Source of the DNA: the human T2T-CHM13v2.0 reference genome, Homo sapiens
Assembly (NCBI RefSeq): GCF_009914755.1
Contig: NC_060944.1
Length of the DNA stretch: 64,000 bases
Reading direction: 5' to 3' (one strand)
The notes beneath the pieces are model-generated. The model saw only the letters and a list, made by a program, of their open reading frames with translations, searched no databases and was not told the DNA's origin. Below are positions 12,660 through 27,295 of the stretch, piece by piece. Each line of letters opens with the position of its first letter. Within the stretch, counting starts at the first letter, position 1. A program made the translations under genes and the position numbers.

Positions 12660-12830
12660 CTAGTCCTAGGCACTCTGGGTGTAATAGCATGGTTAACTCC
12701 CACAGTCACCCTGCAGGACAGCTCCTACTATCCTGTCCATAGTACAGATGGGAAAACTGAGGCTCTGAAATAACTTGCTAGGAAGTGGCAGAGCCAGGAC
12801 CTGAACCCGACAGCTGGCGCCAAAGGCCTC
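12660..12830 (-). mobile_element. MIR fragment
   Basis: ACAGATGGGAAAACTGAGGCT...AGTGGCAGAGCCAGGA MIR core. Confidence 0.7.
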
Positions 12831-13721
12831 ACTGTCAATCACAGACTTGACAGGCACAGAATCTTTGGTGTCAGACTGGAGAGCAGGGAATCCTCTGCCC
12901 AGCCCCAGGCTGTGGACAAGGACCCTGAGTCTGGAGAGGACAGGAGATACTGGGAGCCTGGGGGCCCTGGCTAGATCCTTCGTAGGAATGACACGTGATG
13001 GTGACAGACCAAGCCCAGTTCCAGGCCCAGATGGACCACAACCGTCCAGGAGCCTTTAAAACACAATCATGGGCAGGCACACCCCACAGCTTCTCAACTC
13101 CCTCTTCTGAGTGGGTCTGCTTCACATGAACATCAGAAAACACCAAATTATCCATCTCAATTCCACCCCAATTCAAACTGTTTCTTTGTCCATGTTCTCT
13201 TTTAGTCCTTGCACACGCTCAAACATCACTCTTAAAATTTCGTGTCTGTTCTAGTTCCAAGAGGCAGCACTAATGCCCCCACGCACTACAGCCTGGTTTC
13301 AATGATGGGACAGAAAAAGGGCCCTAAGCCCCTGGGGTCTCCTCATTATCCAGAAAAGTTAAACCCAAGTGGGCATGACATCAAGGTGCCTCATGCCCTG
13401 GGTAACAGCCCTATGTGGGGTCCACCTGCCCAACACAGGCCAGCAGACGGATGGGAATTCATCAGGCAAGGCCTCTGGGCTGGGAAAACATGCTGCATGC
13501 TGCCCGTGTCCCCCTGGGGACAGGGGGACAATCTTCCTCCCTCTGAAGGAGAACAGGCACCCTCCTGGGAAAAAAGGCCTCAAGGCCACACCCAGAAGCT
13601 GAGAAAGAAGAAACCCCACTGGCCTTGAAGCCAGAGGCTGCGTCCACAGCCTGTGGGCTCAGCTGGCTGCTCCAGAGCTGCAGTACCACAGTGGGGGCAA
13701 GTATGGGAGGAAAAACACGGC

Positions 13722-13930
13722 TCCAGAGCGAGACTTGGGGTTCAAATTCTGCTTCTGCCATGTCCTGGCTGGGTGAACTTGAGGTAGTTGCTGAACTTCT
13801 CTGCACCTCAAACTCCCTTATGGGTAAAAATGCAGACACTACCAGTGCCTACCTCATAGGGTTACAAGGAAAAGTGGCTGAGTTAACGCTTGAAAATGCT
13901 CAGAACAGTGCTTAGCATACAGAAAGCTCC
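13722..13930 (+). mobile_element. MIR
   Basis: GGGTTCAAATTCTGCTTCTGCCA...CCTACCTCATAGGGTT...AGAACAGTGCTTAGCATA. Confidence 0.75.
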
Positions 13931-14132
13931 CGCTTGATGCCAGCTGTAACTACTACCAAGGAGACTAAGGTGAAGAGTTTGAGCCCCAGCCCTGCAGACA
14001 CCATCATCTGTCCCAGTCAAGGCTAGAAACGGGTGCCCAGTGTGGCACGGCCAGCCTGGGCCCATCCCCGCTATGCAGACAGGCTTGCTGGGCAGTGAAC
14101 AGGGCACTGAGGCGGCCACTGCCCCGACTCAC

Positions 14133-14286
14133 CTGCAGCTGCAGGACCTGCTTCTCGAAGGCAGCTGCCTTGGCTTCCAGAGCTTTCCGCTGCTGCTCAT
14201 CTTGCCGCACAGCCTCTGACTTCTCCACCAGCTCTTTGCTGACCTTGCTGAGCTCCTGCCGAAGCTTGGCCAGCTCTGCGTTCTGC
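14133..14286 (-). CDS. RRBP1: RRBP1 exon 8 (QNAELAKL...VLQLQ)
   Basis: TTGCAG|G ... CAG|GTGAGT; 154 nt. Confidence 0.96.
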
Positions 14287-16218
14287 CTGCAAGACAGTCA
14301 CCAGCCCGACTAATGGAAAGAAAAGGGTGATGGGATCGGTGGTCCAAGCCCTCCCTCCAGGACTCCAGCTCTCTTGTAAGTAAGCAGTTGCCCAAGTCTT
14401 GAAGCCATTACCAAAGCCACTTTTCCATTATCAGCTGTGTGGGGTTGGGCATGTGTTTTGTTGAAGACATTGTTTTACCTATATAGTGCATGAACCAGAG
14501 ACAGCATAGAGCAAATGTGCACTAAAGCATCCCAGGGGAGCCCCTCCCAGAAACAGCCAGAAATTCACAGAAAACGGCAACACAGTTCTGGGTGCAAACC
14601 AGCCTTGAGATGAAGATCCACCCGCCTTGACGCCCTGTAGGCCTGTGGGCAGCAGCCCACGGAGTCCACGCGCCCCCTCACTGGCCAGCTGGACCAGGGC
14701 CAGGCTGGGGAGGCTGCCCAAAGCCAGAGCCTGAGGTGCTTACAAAACAGACCCTTCAGGACTGCACTTCAAAAGCTGGGTCTCAGGAGCTGGGAGGAAT
14801 GTTCCGGAGTTACAGAAGGAGACTTAAAGGAAAAGGGGGCAGCTGGAGGCCTGCCTTTCCAGCGTAAGGCGTGTGATCAGGATGCCACTCCCTCACTAGC
14901 AGACGCTGCCTCAAGGCCAAAGACTGACTGTCCAACCAAGGGACACCACCAGACGAGACTGTCCCAAACCCTGGGACGCAGCACCAGGCCAGGCGGAGCT
15001 GGGAAACCGGGCTGAGGCTAGATTTGCTCTGCTGCCTGCGGGGTGGTGGGTCCCACCTCTCTGACTTGGGGGCTGCCTCGTCTGTACCGGGGAGGCCACA
15101 CCAAAGCCCACTGTAGGTCCATCAGCTCCATGCTTCACAAGGCCAAGGTTCAAGTGACCTAGGAGGGAGGCGGAAGGTCGTGTGGTGCCCTCAAGATGGA
15201 CTGGGAGCTCTGAAGTGGGCCTGGGAAAACACATCCCGCTGCTGAGAGCCACCCACCAGCCAGAGCTTCTGGACTGGCAGGGCCACTGCCTCAGCGTGAC
15301 AAGTCTCCTGGCTTTAGAGCCTTACCCATTAAGGAGGCCACAGCAGATCCTATGTGGGGAGACGCCAGAGAATTTCTCAGTCCCCACATATGCCTTCTGC
15401 TGTGGCTTTTGGGGAAACAGCAGCCACAAACCTCCAACCAGCCGATGGCTCAGGAAGGGGACCCAGAGGGGACAGGCAGAGGGGAAGGCAGCTGCTGGAT
15501 CTCACTCCACGTCAGAGGGAGCCATAGTCAAAACAGATACTTGGCCCAGCTCCCCTCCCTGTCCAGCTCCCACACTGGACTTCCCCTGACCCGACTCCCA
15601 GACAAGGACTAAGGGTGCCAGCGTGCTCTGCTGTGGTCAGCCCCTGCCTTGGTGAGAGCAGAGGCTTTCGGGATAACACAGAGCTCTGCCAAGTCCCTGC
15701 AGGACACTTCGGACCAGAGAAAGCAAAGAAATGTACAACTAAAGACACTGCAGTGGGTTTCTCGAGGGCCGCCACTGAGGGTGTAATGCTTAAATCAGGG
15801 AAGCAGAAGTGCGGCTGTACTCAACTCCGGAGGGGAAGTGCACCCTCCGGCCCACTTGCTGTGGGCTGCGGTGCTTCAGCAACTCAGAGACAACACTGAG
15901 ATGAGAACCCCGCTAGGCAGGTGGGTGCTGGAAACCCTCCCTAGTACCAGTGCATCTGAAGCAAGGGTGTTGCAGAGCAGGAGGCTGTGCTCCAGGGCAC
16001 AGTCGAGGCCCACCACCAGCCACCACAGGGACGCTGGGCCACCTGTTAGAAGACTCAGGGGCCCAGAACCCAGACGGGAGATGGAAGGTCAGGACGGCTC
16101 CGCACACATGTAGGGCCCATGCCTGGCTCTTGTGCCAGCTGCCCTGGCCGCAGCCTCGTGAAGCCTTCCTCGCTCCAGGGCCCTTGGGGAGGTGCTGAGG
16201 CAGGAAAGCTCAGCTTAC

Positions 16219-16337
16219 TTGCTCTCCACCTGGCTCGTGGCCTGGTTCAAGGCATCCCGCAGGATGGAGTTCTCCTGCTGCAGGCGGGCCAGCTGCGTGT
16301 TGGGGCCATTCTCCAGCTGCTCCTGAAGAGTCCGGAT
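16219..16337 (-). CDS. RRBP1: RRBP1 exon 7 (IRTLQEQ...QVESK)
   Basis: TTCCAG|ATC ... CAA|GTAAGC; 119 nt, phase 2. Confidence 0.96.
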
Positions 16338-17249
16338 CTGGAAAGTCACGGGCAAGGGCATCAGAGGCAGCTCGGCCTCACACACAGAACTGACTTCTGA
16401 GCAGTGGTTAGTGAAGACACAGCCCACAAAAGAAAACCCCCAAAAGCCTCCACCTTTTCCACGTGGAAGTTAAGAGGATCCCATAAAACAAGAGGCCTGA
16501 AAATTGCGAAGCTTAAGCGGCCAAGCATGACTCCCACACCCAGCGACACCTCTCTCCCTCCTCACTGCTCATGGCCTGCCCAAGGCTGAACACTCAGCCC
16601 AGGGTCTCTGACACACCCCATGAACATCTGCCTCCAAGGTCACATGGTTGACTGTTCTAAGACAAAGCACATGCACCGCCTCTAACCCCCCTGAGGAAGC
16701 CTCGATTCCTGCCCTCTGACCTCCAGCACGTCCTGAGACATGCAGCAGGGAGGAGGTCGCAGCCCACTATGAGCAGGGTGCAGGCTTCAGACTTTGACTA
16801 CAGGGCCAGTCTGGGCAGCCGCCCAGTGCTGGCCGCTGGAGCTGTGTGATTTTCAGGCCTTGGTATTATGGGATCCTCCCCACCATGTGGAAAGAAGATA
16901 GAGCCTGCGTTTCTCTAGGTTCACATGAAGGGTGAGAACTTCACAGACACCCAGGAGGCAGGGAAACAGGGCTGGCCATCTGAGACTAGGCTCTTTTGAA
17001 AAGTGTTCTTTAAAATGTATTTCATACCTCCCTGGCTTTTAACATTATACACACACTTGGGCTGCCAGACCCTGTCCAGCCAAATGCAACAGCCCCTGGA
17101 CTCCTAAACCTGACCAGACCTTACAGACCCCTGTGGGCATCCTCAACCCCCTCCTCATGCCTCACCCTTTGGGCCTCTCTGGCTCCCTCCGTCCTGGACC
17201 TGGACTGGGTCCTGTCCCTTCCCATGCCCCCGCCAGCCACTACACCCAC

Positions 17250-17402
17250 CTTGCCCTGCAGCTGCTGCACCTCCTTCACGTGCTCCCGGTAGCTGGCCTG
17301 CATGCGTGCCTGCACAGCCGTGATCTCCTGCTCCCGGGCCACCAGCTGCTTTTTCACTTTGGCCTCCCCGGCTGCTGCTTTGGCCTTTTCTGCTGCCATC
17401 TC
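17250..17402 (-). CDS. RRBP1: RRBP1 exon 6 (EMAAEK...QQLQGK)
   Basis: CCCCAG|GAG ... AAG|GTGGGT; 153 nt. Confidence 0.96.
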
Positions 17403-20216
17403 CTGGGGGGAAAGTAGCAGAGAGAGGGGCTGGTAAGCCTTGCAGGGCAGGAGCCTATCAGAAGGGAGCAAGAGCATCACCCGAGCTGGGAGGCTGGAGA
17501 GCAGAGCACAGACCCCTCCTGCTGGCCGGGTTCTCAGCTAGACTCAAGCCAGCTGCAGCGGGAACGACGACAGACAACAAGGGATCCCTGGAAACCCTGC
17601 TGGCCCTGGCCGGTTGTGGGCTCAATGTCAGGCCTTGGCCACAGTGGAGGTGGCAGATGCGGCAGGAACAGCAGAGACACACGGTGCTGTCCCTGGCTCT
17701 CCAGGGCACTGGCTCGGCCCTGCTGTGATGACAACACCCCAGCTTGACTCAGTCACCAACATCCAGGGCCCCTGGGACACCTACTTCTACTCAAGTGCCT
17801 TCATCAGGACTGAAAGGCACCAAGCCCTGATGGCTAGGGTGGGGGTGGGGCCAGCTGCCAGTTCCGCCGTGGCTGGGGGTAGGGCATGCATCTCTGCAGG
17901 CGGTCGCTCTGTCCTCCACCCAGGGGGACATCGGCTCCGATCAGTGCCAGATACCCACAGGTGAACATGGATGCCGAGTCTGGGGGGTCCGGCGTCTCCA
18001 GCAGGGACAGAGCAGGATGGGAAGGCTGGCCATGGTCTGTGTCATCCCAGAGGGATGGCCTCAACCAGAAACCATAGGGAGGCAGGGTGACAACTCAAGG
18101 AAAGGTTGACACAATGAGCCCCTGGGGTGGGGGTGTTCCCTGTCTAGCAGGCCTGGACAGACCAGCACTGATGTGATGTGAATACATATCATAAACACAG
18201 CAGGCCTGAGTGACCAGGGCACAAGCGTCCCACCAGCGTCAAGGCTGCTCCATGGGCAGTGGGCCAGGAGTGAGGAAGTCCGTCCCCTCCCCAGACCAGG
18301 ACTATAGGGAGGCCTGTCCCAAAGGCCAGAGTGTCCCTCTTGCCTGAGATGGGAAAGAACCCTGAGGAGGAGCCACTGGGTGCTGGTGCTGTTCCGTGCT
18401 CCTGGTACTCTCTGGGACCTCCTGGGACCCTTGGCCTCACTTTTCAAAGACAATCATCTTTTTGGCTCTGCCCGGGGTGAGAGGCCCACAGGAACCTGCA
18501 GGTCTGCTTCACTGATTAGCTACAGAAGTGGGGGGCGGGATGAGCTGACACTGCGCCCCAGCACTGTCCCATTTAATTTTCTCTGGAAGACGAGGATTAC
18601 AATCCCCATCCAAGCTGAGGTCACAGAGCCTTGGAGAGGACACACTTGTCCAAGGCTGGGGAGCAGCTCTAAGAGGCAGGGGTGGGGCCCAAACCTAGGA
18701 CTGTACAAGACCAAGGGGTTCCCAGAAAGGGGAGGAATGAGGACGCCTGCCCTTCTGTGTGGGCTGGGAAGCCCCTGGGGAAAGGGAGGACAGCTTAGCG
18801 GTGATTCCAGGACCCCTCCGCACTTCCTCCTCTAACACACGTGGCCCCACCAGCCCACTGCTGGCAGACAGGTGTGGTAGAGATGGCTGGAAGCCTCCCA
18901 ACACCAGCAGAGAGGAGGCCGCTCTCTTTGCTGAGTTTCCGACACAACGGCCCTTCCAAGTAGATGGTCCAGCCTTGCGAAGAAACCAAAGCTCATGGAG
19001 ACCAGGCATTCCCACAGCCACATGGATGGCTGGTTGGGAAGCCACACTTGGGTCATCCTCAGCCCTCCTCTGCCACCTGGAGACACCCTTCCCAGCCCTG
19101 GGCAGGCCTCGTGCAGTTCCAAGGTCCACCCCGCTCAGGGTCTGCAGACCCCTATCTCCTGGGGGTCAGCGTCCCAAGGCCGCCAGGATTCAATGGGATC
19201 TTCCCCCTCTTTTGCCTCTAGGCTTTTTAAAGAGCAGAGAAAAGTCACTTGTCCTCAGTGCAGCTGTTTAGCTCTCTATGGTTTCTTTTTCTTCAAAGAG
19301 CTCAGAGACCCAGGGTTCCTTCTGCTTGTCAAATTCTTAATTCAGTTGCAAGAGTCAGATTTATTTCCTTGAAAAGCATTCCTGATGGTGGTGGGGGGTT
19401 CCGGCGCACAAGAAGACAAGGCTTGGCACCATCACTAGCATTGGCTCAGAAGTGACTCTCTGTCCCTACTTCTTCCAGGCACTGTTCCCTAGGAGTAGTG
19501 GGGCCCCTCATGGTGTAAGCTTTGAGGACTGTAGAGAGCCCTCCAACCTGCTTTCCCAGCCAAGCAAGGAAGCAACCTCCACCAAGAAGGCCTGGTAACA
19601 GGAACTCCTCCCGTGACCCCATCCCCAGGTAAACCCTCTGAGGGTCCCAGAGGGCCTTGGGGCTCCTTCTGTTTCACAGCCCCATCTCCTTCTGGGCCCT
19701 AAAGCCAGAACACGGGACCAAGCCCAGGACGGGGCCAGTCCGAGGCATGGCTTCAGGACAGAGGTTCTGGTGCCCAGGAACATGACAGCTGGAATGTTTT
19801 TCCAGAAGGTTGTGCCTTCTTGGTTACATCACTGGAGCTCTGCCTGGACTCCTCAAACCCCCAAGAGATTCTCAGACAGCCAGGACAGAGTTCTCAAGGG
19901 CGTCTGAGCCCATCAACTCCTGCAGACAGTGTGTGGACTGGTCCTTGAACCCAACTCTGCTGGGACTTCGCACATTTGGGAGACCTGGATACAGCAGATG
20001 ATCCAAATTTTCTTTCTCAGTGTGTCCAGATCATGCCTTCAGCATCAGACCCCAAGAAACAGAATTAATGAAAACCCTTTTCAACTATAAAAACTTCTCT
20101 ACAAGGACAAAGAAAACATGTCGAAGGGACTAGAACAAGAAACATAGGTTCCATCCATCTCCCCAGCTCCCGAGGGGGATTAAGGTAAGAGGAACTGCCA
20201 CACTCTCTGGAATTTA

Positions 20217-20611
<395 letters not shown>

Positions 20612-22467
20612 TCAGGACTCTCAACAGAGAGCACGAGCACAGGGAAGAGAAACGGCCAAAGGCATCGACTACAAACATTTAACTATTTACAAGAAGACAA
20701 TGTAAAATACTCAGAAATGCTTCCAGGCTTCCCCTCAGCTGCGAGGTGGCCTGGCCCTCTCAGTGGCCACTTGATCACTGGCGGCCTGCTAGGCTGAGCC
20801 TGGTGAGACCACCAGAGTGGGTCTGCGCCACCAGGCTTGAGGTCTGACAGGAGCCAGATGCAGCCAGGTGATGCCTAACTGTACCAATGACCTCTGTGCA
20901 GAACAGGAACATGGGAGCTCCAGAAGGCTCCTGAGGGAGGGAAACCAAATTGAGTCTTCCAGAGTAAGAAGACAATGTCCAGACATCCAAGCACGGAAGG
21001 GCATTAGAGGCCAAGGGAAGAGCAAGAGGAGAGCCCCAGAGGAGTCACGAAAGGGCACAGAATGTCTGAGCACAGGTAGGGAAAGGGAAGAGGTGAGGCC
21101 AGAGGCAGGGTGAGTGGCTGAGCTGGGGCCTGGGGGGCAGACTTAGGTCTGAAGATTAGGGGCCCCTGGCAGAGCTTGATGGGGGTCCTCACAGATCAGC
21201 ATTTGGGAGCCCAACAGGACCTCTTCCGGCTTAGGGAGCAGAGTGTGGGTGGAAGGGAGGCCACGCACCGTTAACCTTCTCCTCACCTAAGAGGCAAGGC
21301 CAGTGGTCTCCGAGGAGGCTGGGTACTGAATGAGGACCACAGGCTGCCCTGAGCATGCAGCCAGGGAGATATTCTACCACCCCAGCAGGGTGGAGAGCAG
21401 CATCGAAGAGCGGCCATCTAAGGTGTGTCTTCTGGTCCTGCCCATCCCCCACCCAGTGAACTTCCCATCTGGCTCAGAGCCGTGACCCTGAATTTGCGAC
21501 AAAAAGTAAGGCTGCCTTACTTCCAATTCTTTGTGCTCGAGCAGACAAAGGCACCCGGAGGAAGGGCTGTAGCCCAGACACTGTTGGACAGTCCACCATC
21601 CAGGCCCTCCCCCTGCGCCCGCTGCCCGGGATGGAGAAGGCAGGGAGGCAGGGAGAGGGCAAGAGCAAGCCTGCGGTGCTGCATGGGGCAAAGACGGCTT
21701 TCAACAGGGCCTGACCAGTCCCAGAGGGCCAGGGGGCCCCTCACCCTGCCCTTCCTCCAGGAAGGCTGGGGCACCAGGGCCCACCCTCAGCAGCAGAGAG
21801 GTGGGGAAAGACCCCGGTGAATTCTGCAGTGGGAAGAACAGCCCCTATGCCATGGATCCCAACACAATCTCAACGTGCCATCAGCCCCGTCCTATGGCAG
21901 CACCAACCCACCACCGTTTGCTGTTCAGAGTGCAAATGCTACGTGCCACGCCATCCGCTGATACGGGGAGCCAGGGTTTCCCTGCACATCCCTCCTCTGA
22001 CATCAGAAAAAGGGAGAAGAGCAGCCCCTCCAGTCCCCTCCCCACAAGGTTTTGCATAATCCTCAAGAAAACAACCTTGAATCTACTGTGGCCACCCTCC
22101 TTTCCAGGCACAGCCCCTAGAAAGCTGGCCTGTGACTGCAGGACCTGTCTAGCGAAAGCCAGGTCTGGTCCATCCCCATCACAAACTGATGCTGCTTAAC
22201 TTCCAAACCCTTGCTTCACTTCCCTGCGTTCTTACAGCCACGAAGGAAGCCACCACGCCGTAGAGCCACGAGCACTGCCAAGGGTGAGCTGCCGGCCCTT
22301 GGCTCTTTAGGCAGCAGATAAGCAGCAGTCCCTACTCAGCAGCCTGACAGCCAGCTACGTTCCAGGCAGGCCCCAGCATCTCGGAGCCCGGGATCCACCG
22401 TGGATGGGGCGGGGGTCCTCTGAGGACGGGAGAGGACAAACCATCTCCGAGCCCGCTCAGGCTGTAC

Positions 22468-22590
22468 CTTGTTGAGCTCCCTCAGTTTGCTCTTGGCGAC
22501 AGCCGCATCTTCCTGTTCTGTGGCCAGCAGTTTTTCCTTCTCTTCCAGCTGGCGTTTCAGAATCGCCACAGGGTCACCCTTCTGAGTGGC
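22468..22590 (-). CDS. RRBP1: RRBP1 exon 5 (ATQKGDPVAIL...RELNK)
   Basis: TTTCTAG|GCC ... AAG|GTACAG; 123 nt. Confidence 0.96.
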
Positions 22591-23649
22591 CTAGAAATAC
22601 CCAGAGATGCGTTAACAGAGGGGACAAATGGGACTTGGCTCATCCCCTGACCCCGGACAAGAGCAGAGGCCTGAGGGCTTGATGAAGTGGAGCAGGGGCT
22701 TCGAGTCAAGGGTTCCACTGGGACTCCAGATACTTGTGGGGAAAGGCGGCCCCGCCTCAGCCATCAGCCTGCCGGGACCCCTGACCCAGCGTGTGTTGGG
22801 ACTGTCAAGGCCAAAGGCTTTGAATCCCTGGAGTGGCATTTAGGAGTGTGGTGTTGCCAGCTCCTCTGAGGGGCAGCTGGCCACCATTTCTGGCCTGGAG
22901 CCTACCCGAGCCGGGCGTGCAGCCCGTAGGCCTCTGGCTGCAGTATGGGGGCCGGGTACTCTGAGGACAGTGACCTGAGGAGAGCCAGGCCTCTCCCTGG
23001 TCATCTGAATCTCCTATGGCCACTCATACCCAGTAGAGCCCCCAGTGACGACTGACAAGCTCTCGGTGCCACTGAGACTGTGCAGGATGTGTATGGCCAG
23101 GAAGGGAGTGACCCCACTGGCCTCAGGGCACACCTGAGCATCTCTAACCACTAAATCCTCCAGCACAGTTACCCTGAACTCTGACTCCAGTGAAGGAATG
23201 TGCCACGCAGCACTTCTTGGGCACAGCTCTTGGCCAGAGGCACGAGATAGCTCAGAACTCTTAGCCTCTGAACCTGCCCCTGGCAGCACGACGGAAACCA
23301 GGGGCGCTCCTGGGCTGGGGAACCTCACAGGGCCCCACACTGTGTCCCTATACCTTTCTTTCTGCACCCTGAGCTGTGGCCACAAACTGGCTAGGCCCCA
23401 GCTCCCTAGATCCCATACCCTGCCAATACAGAGCCCTGCCCCAGCCCTAACCATCTCAGGAGCCAGGCCATGGGTGGCTTGACAGAAGCCAAAGCACCTG
23501 CGAGCGATCCCTCGGGGTGGCAGAATTCTGCCAGGAAAGAGAAGTGGAGGCTGTCCTATGAATGTCCTCTCTGTGGCAGAGGGAAGGGCAAAACCACCCT
23601 AGCCAGCTGCAGTGGCCTCTGAGCATGGCCAGCAGGAGGGTGGGCCCAC

Positions 23650-23798
23650 CTTGTGCCAGGTGTCCTGAATGATGCCAGCCTTCTCAGACAGGATCTCGAT
23701 GAGCCGCTGGGCCTCGCCCTCGTTGAACACCATGCTCCCAACCGTGGAGACCAGCGTCTTGTAGGGGAGGTAGAGAGGGCCGTCGGCATCTGGGGGCC
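23650..23798 (-). CDS. RRBP1: RRBP1 exon 4 (GPPDADGPLY...QDTWHK)
   Basis: CACAG|GG ... AAG|GTGGGC; 149 nt. Confidence 0.96.
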
Positions 23799-25341
23799 CT
23801 GTGCAGCAAGAGGGAAAGAGCTGAGACTTAGGCCCATAAGCCACAACACACGTGGCCACAATGCCCATCACACCAAGAAGGTTCTGGTCACAGCCACGAA
23901 GAGCTCTCTGACTGCTTGGGGTCAGCAGGCTGAGCATGGCGAGTCTGCTCCAGTGTCTCCTGCTCTTTCAGGACACCAAGAAACTGACTCAACGATAGGT
24001 CCCTGCACCGTCCTAACTCGCCCATAGGAAGTCCCAGCCTGGGGTGGAAGTAGAGCTCCTCTTTTTTTTTTTCCACCATCAAGATGGCCTGCAACAAAAT
24101 TAAGCAAGGCATACTTTTTCCATAGGCTTTTCTCCCTTCCTTTTTTTTCTCGCAAATGCACTGGTCCTGTTCTCAACCTGCATGGCTCACCATGGTTCTC
24201 CCCACTGGCTGTGACTGAGCCCCGTGGCCTTGTGGGACCTGACTGGGCAGCGAATTTACCGTCCACCACACACAGACACCCAGAGCCACACTCCTGCAGC
24301 CACAGGAGGAGCACAGAAGGCAAGGAGAGGCTGCTTCCACACATCAGTGCAAACCCTATTTCTAGCTCCCTGGATGAAGCCCAGGCAGTGACAGGGTTTG
24401 GGAGAGGGAAGGCTGGCTGGGTTCTTATAGAAAGGGCCTGTCCACTGGCCAGTCCATGAGTGACTGCCTGGAGGACAGGGAGCCATCTGCCAACAAACGT
24501 CACTTCTGAAAAACTAAAACTGCCGACACCCCCCACGCCCCTCCCCACACACATGGTTTTGTTCTCATTGGGGCTTGAATGCAGCCTCGGAAGCAAGAAA
24601 GGGTGAACCAAGATGCCACGCCTGAGTGCCTGGACTCTTCCACAGCTGAATGACAGCACTAAAAATGAGCCAAATCAGAGAGCAGACAGGCCTACAGCAG
24701 CCCCTCAGCTGAGCCCACCTTGGGAGGACAAAGGAGAGGGCTGGTTTCCATAGCAACCCTCAATTCTCTGGCTTGTCACAATATTTTCACTTACTAGTCA
24801 TAATATTTTCATTACAAGTCAAAGCATTTGGCACGATACCTTAATGAGGGGAACGTGGGATGTGGGCGAGCTGGTTGCTATGAGCACCTTTATTTTATAA
24901 CTTCTTACCCTGGTGAGGCTCGGGAGTTTAAAAATAACCATGTTGACACCAAAGGCCTAAGAGGTCATGGGTGCCACGAAAACAGGTCCTGGCAAAAGCA
25001 TGCCCCTTCAACCTTCTTTTCACTGAGATACGTGTATGTACATAAAGTAATTTTAATGCACACACAAGAGAAAATTCTAACCCAAAAGCCAAAAGAAAAT
25101 AAAAACATGCATGGCTCACTCTCGGGAGAAACCCCCGTGTTAGTTCACATTTCGGTTCCCAGCCTTCCTGTCTTCCCCCTCAGCCTGCAGGTGCGTGTCT
25201 ACTGCCAGCACTTTCCAGGAGACAGAGGTCACTTGTTTCAAAGACACCTCTGTAGTTACAGACTGGGCAGGGCAGCTGCTTCAGCCGGCGTCTAGCTGCT
25301 GGCTGCAAGGACATTTCCCCCTCCTGACTCAGAAAAGCGTC

Positions 25342-25676
25342 CTGCGCCGTCCGATGTGCTGGGCACCAGCCATGTGTGGCTACTGGGCACCTGCAACGTG
25401 GCTGGCCTGACTCGAGATGTGCTATGAGTGGAAAGTACACGTGGAATTTAGAAGATTTGGTATGAAAAAAAAAGAATGTGAAGTATCTGTAATAATTTTA
25501 TATATGGATTGTATGTTGAAATAACATTTTGGATAAACTGGGTCAAACAAAATGTATCGTTAACATTCAGTCCATTTGTTTCTTGCTGGCCTTTTTAAAT
25601 GTGGCTGAGGACATTTACATCACATCCATGGCTCACACGTGTGTGGCTCACATTCTGTTTCTCCTGGACTGGCTGG
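25342..25676. mobile_element. MER33-like hAT-Charlie element
   Basis: CCAGCCATGTGTGGCTACTG...GAGATGTGCT...GAAGATTTGGTATGAAAAAAAAGAATGT...GTGGCTCACATT. Confidence 0.75.
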
Positions 25677-27084
25677 CCTATTCCTTTCCAGAACCAGGGA
25701 CCCCCAAAGTGCCCCCTGCTGAATTCCTGGCAGCCCCTGGTCCTACAGAGGTTCCAGAGTGACCCAAGAGCTCTGGCCTCTCTTGAACTCTCTCCTTAAA
25801 GACCACCCTTCCAGGCCCCACGGCCCCTACTGCACTGCTGGGTGGGGAAACATCTGGATAAGGCAGCTGGAGGGCACGCGCTCTAGGACGCCGCTTCCTG
25901 CACAGGGGCAGCATGGCCACATGCTCACCCGCCGCAGGCTCAGTCCACAGAGTGCTCCCGAGAGTGTTCTCGGAGCGGCATTCTCATAAATCTTTATTAA
26001 AACTTTCTAACGTAATTCCATTCTATTAGATATTTTAACAGAAAAATAAAAACTTGCAACACGCGAAACAAACGCAAAGCTGCGTACAGCAAAATGTTAA
26101 CGCTCTCCTCTGCCACCTCTCATGGCCCCCCAGAAACTTCCACAGCCTTTGCCACACTCATACAAACACTACCTTTTATACTGTTTTTAGAGAGCTATAA
26201 CTTTACAAATCATTTTTCATTAAATCTTTTAGGTAAAAACTCTGCTGTCTCAATTGTCCCCAAATCAAGGGCAGCACAACTGAAAGAAAAAAGGAAAGCC
26301 CTCAGAAGCAGAGGCAGGATTTCTGGGCCTCCAGATGAGTTGCATTTAAATAACGTACTAACGGGAGCCTAAGGCGTGCCCAGCACATCACTTAGGGCTC
26401 CAGCAAATACTCGAAGATACCAGTAATCTTCCGAATTGTGAAATCTTAACGCACTAAACTAAGTCTCTCAGACTCAACACCTAGTCTGTGAAATCACAGA
26501 CTTCAAAAGGCCCAGGGTGCAGTGAATGCTGGAAAAGCTCAGCTCCCTGAGGGCTTGCTCCTGCGGCTAACGCTTTGCCCATCTTGGTGGGTATGAAATA
26601 CCAGGAAGGGACAGGCCAGGAGGCCTGGGGAGTGACCAGGGAGCAGGAGACCCAAGAGTAGAGACGCAGGCCAGTGTCTCACTTTGATGGATAATCCAGA
26701 CCTCTGTCTGGCAGGGGACACAGCAACACCCCAGGGGCCAGGCCCTGCAGGAATGGGACAGGTACTGTGACAAATAACCACACAGGCCTGGGCTCAGGGG
26801 GGTGGCCTCTCCTGAGCTGGGTGGTCCTGGGCACGGCACTTCACCTCCAGGTGATAGCTGCAATGGGGGAATCTGAGCCAGAACCCTCAAAGCCACAGGC
26901 CTGCCCAAGAGCCTGGAAACGAGATTTTTAAGTGCTATCTTCTCATCTTTACTGCTGACAGCTAACTCAATAAAAAACAAATAAATGAATGAAACCACTG
27001 TACAGATGAACAAACACATCCGTGGGCCACGTCCAGTCTGCAGGTCACCTCTGTCCTTGGGCAGTGGGGCACCAAGGTCAGAGC

Positions 27085-27295
27085 AAGGCCTCTGGGACCA
27101 GGTGGCCTGGAGTCGAATCCCAGCTCAGCTCCTTCCCACCTTTGTCCTTGGACAAGTGGCTTAACCTTCCTTTGCTTCTGTTTCCTTGCCTACAAAACGG
27201 GGATGATCATTGTTCCCCTCACAGCGTGGCTGAAAAGAGTAAGTTGCAACGTGCTTGGAACCATGCCTGGCGCAGGGTAACGCACAGCAAAATAA
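27085..27295 (+). mobile_element. MIR
   Basis: TCGAATCCCAGCTC...CCTTGGACAAGTGGCTTAACCT...CTGTTTCCT...AAAACGGGGATGAT. Confidence 0.75.
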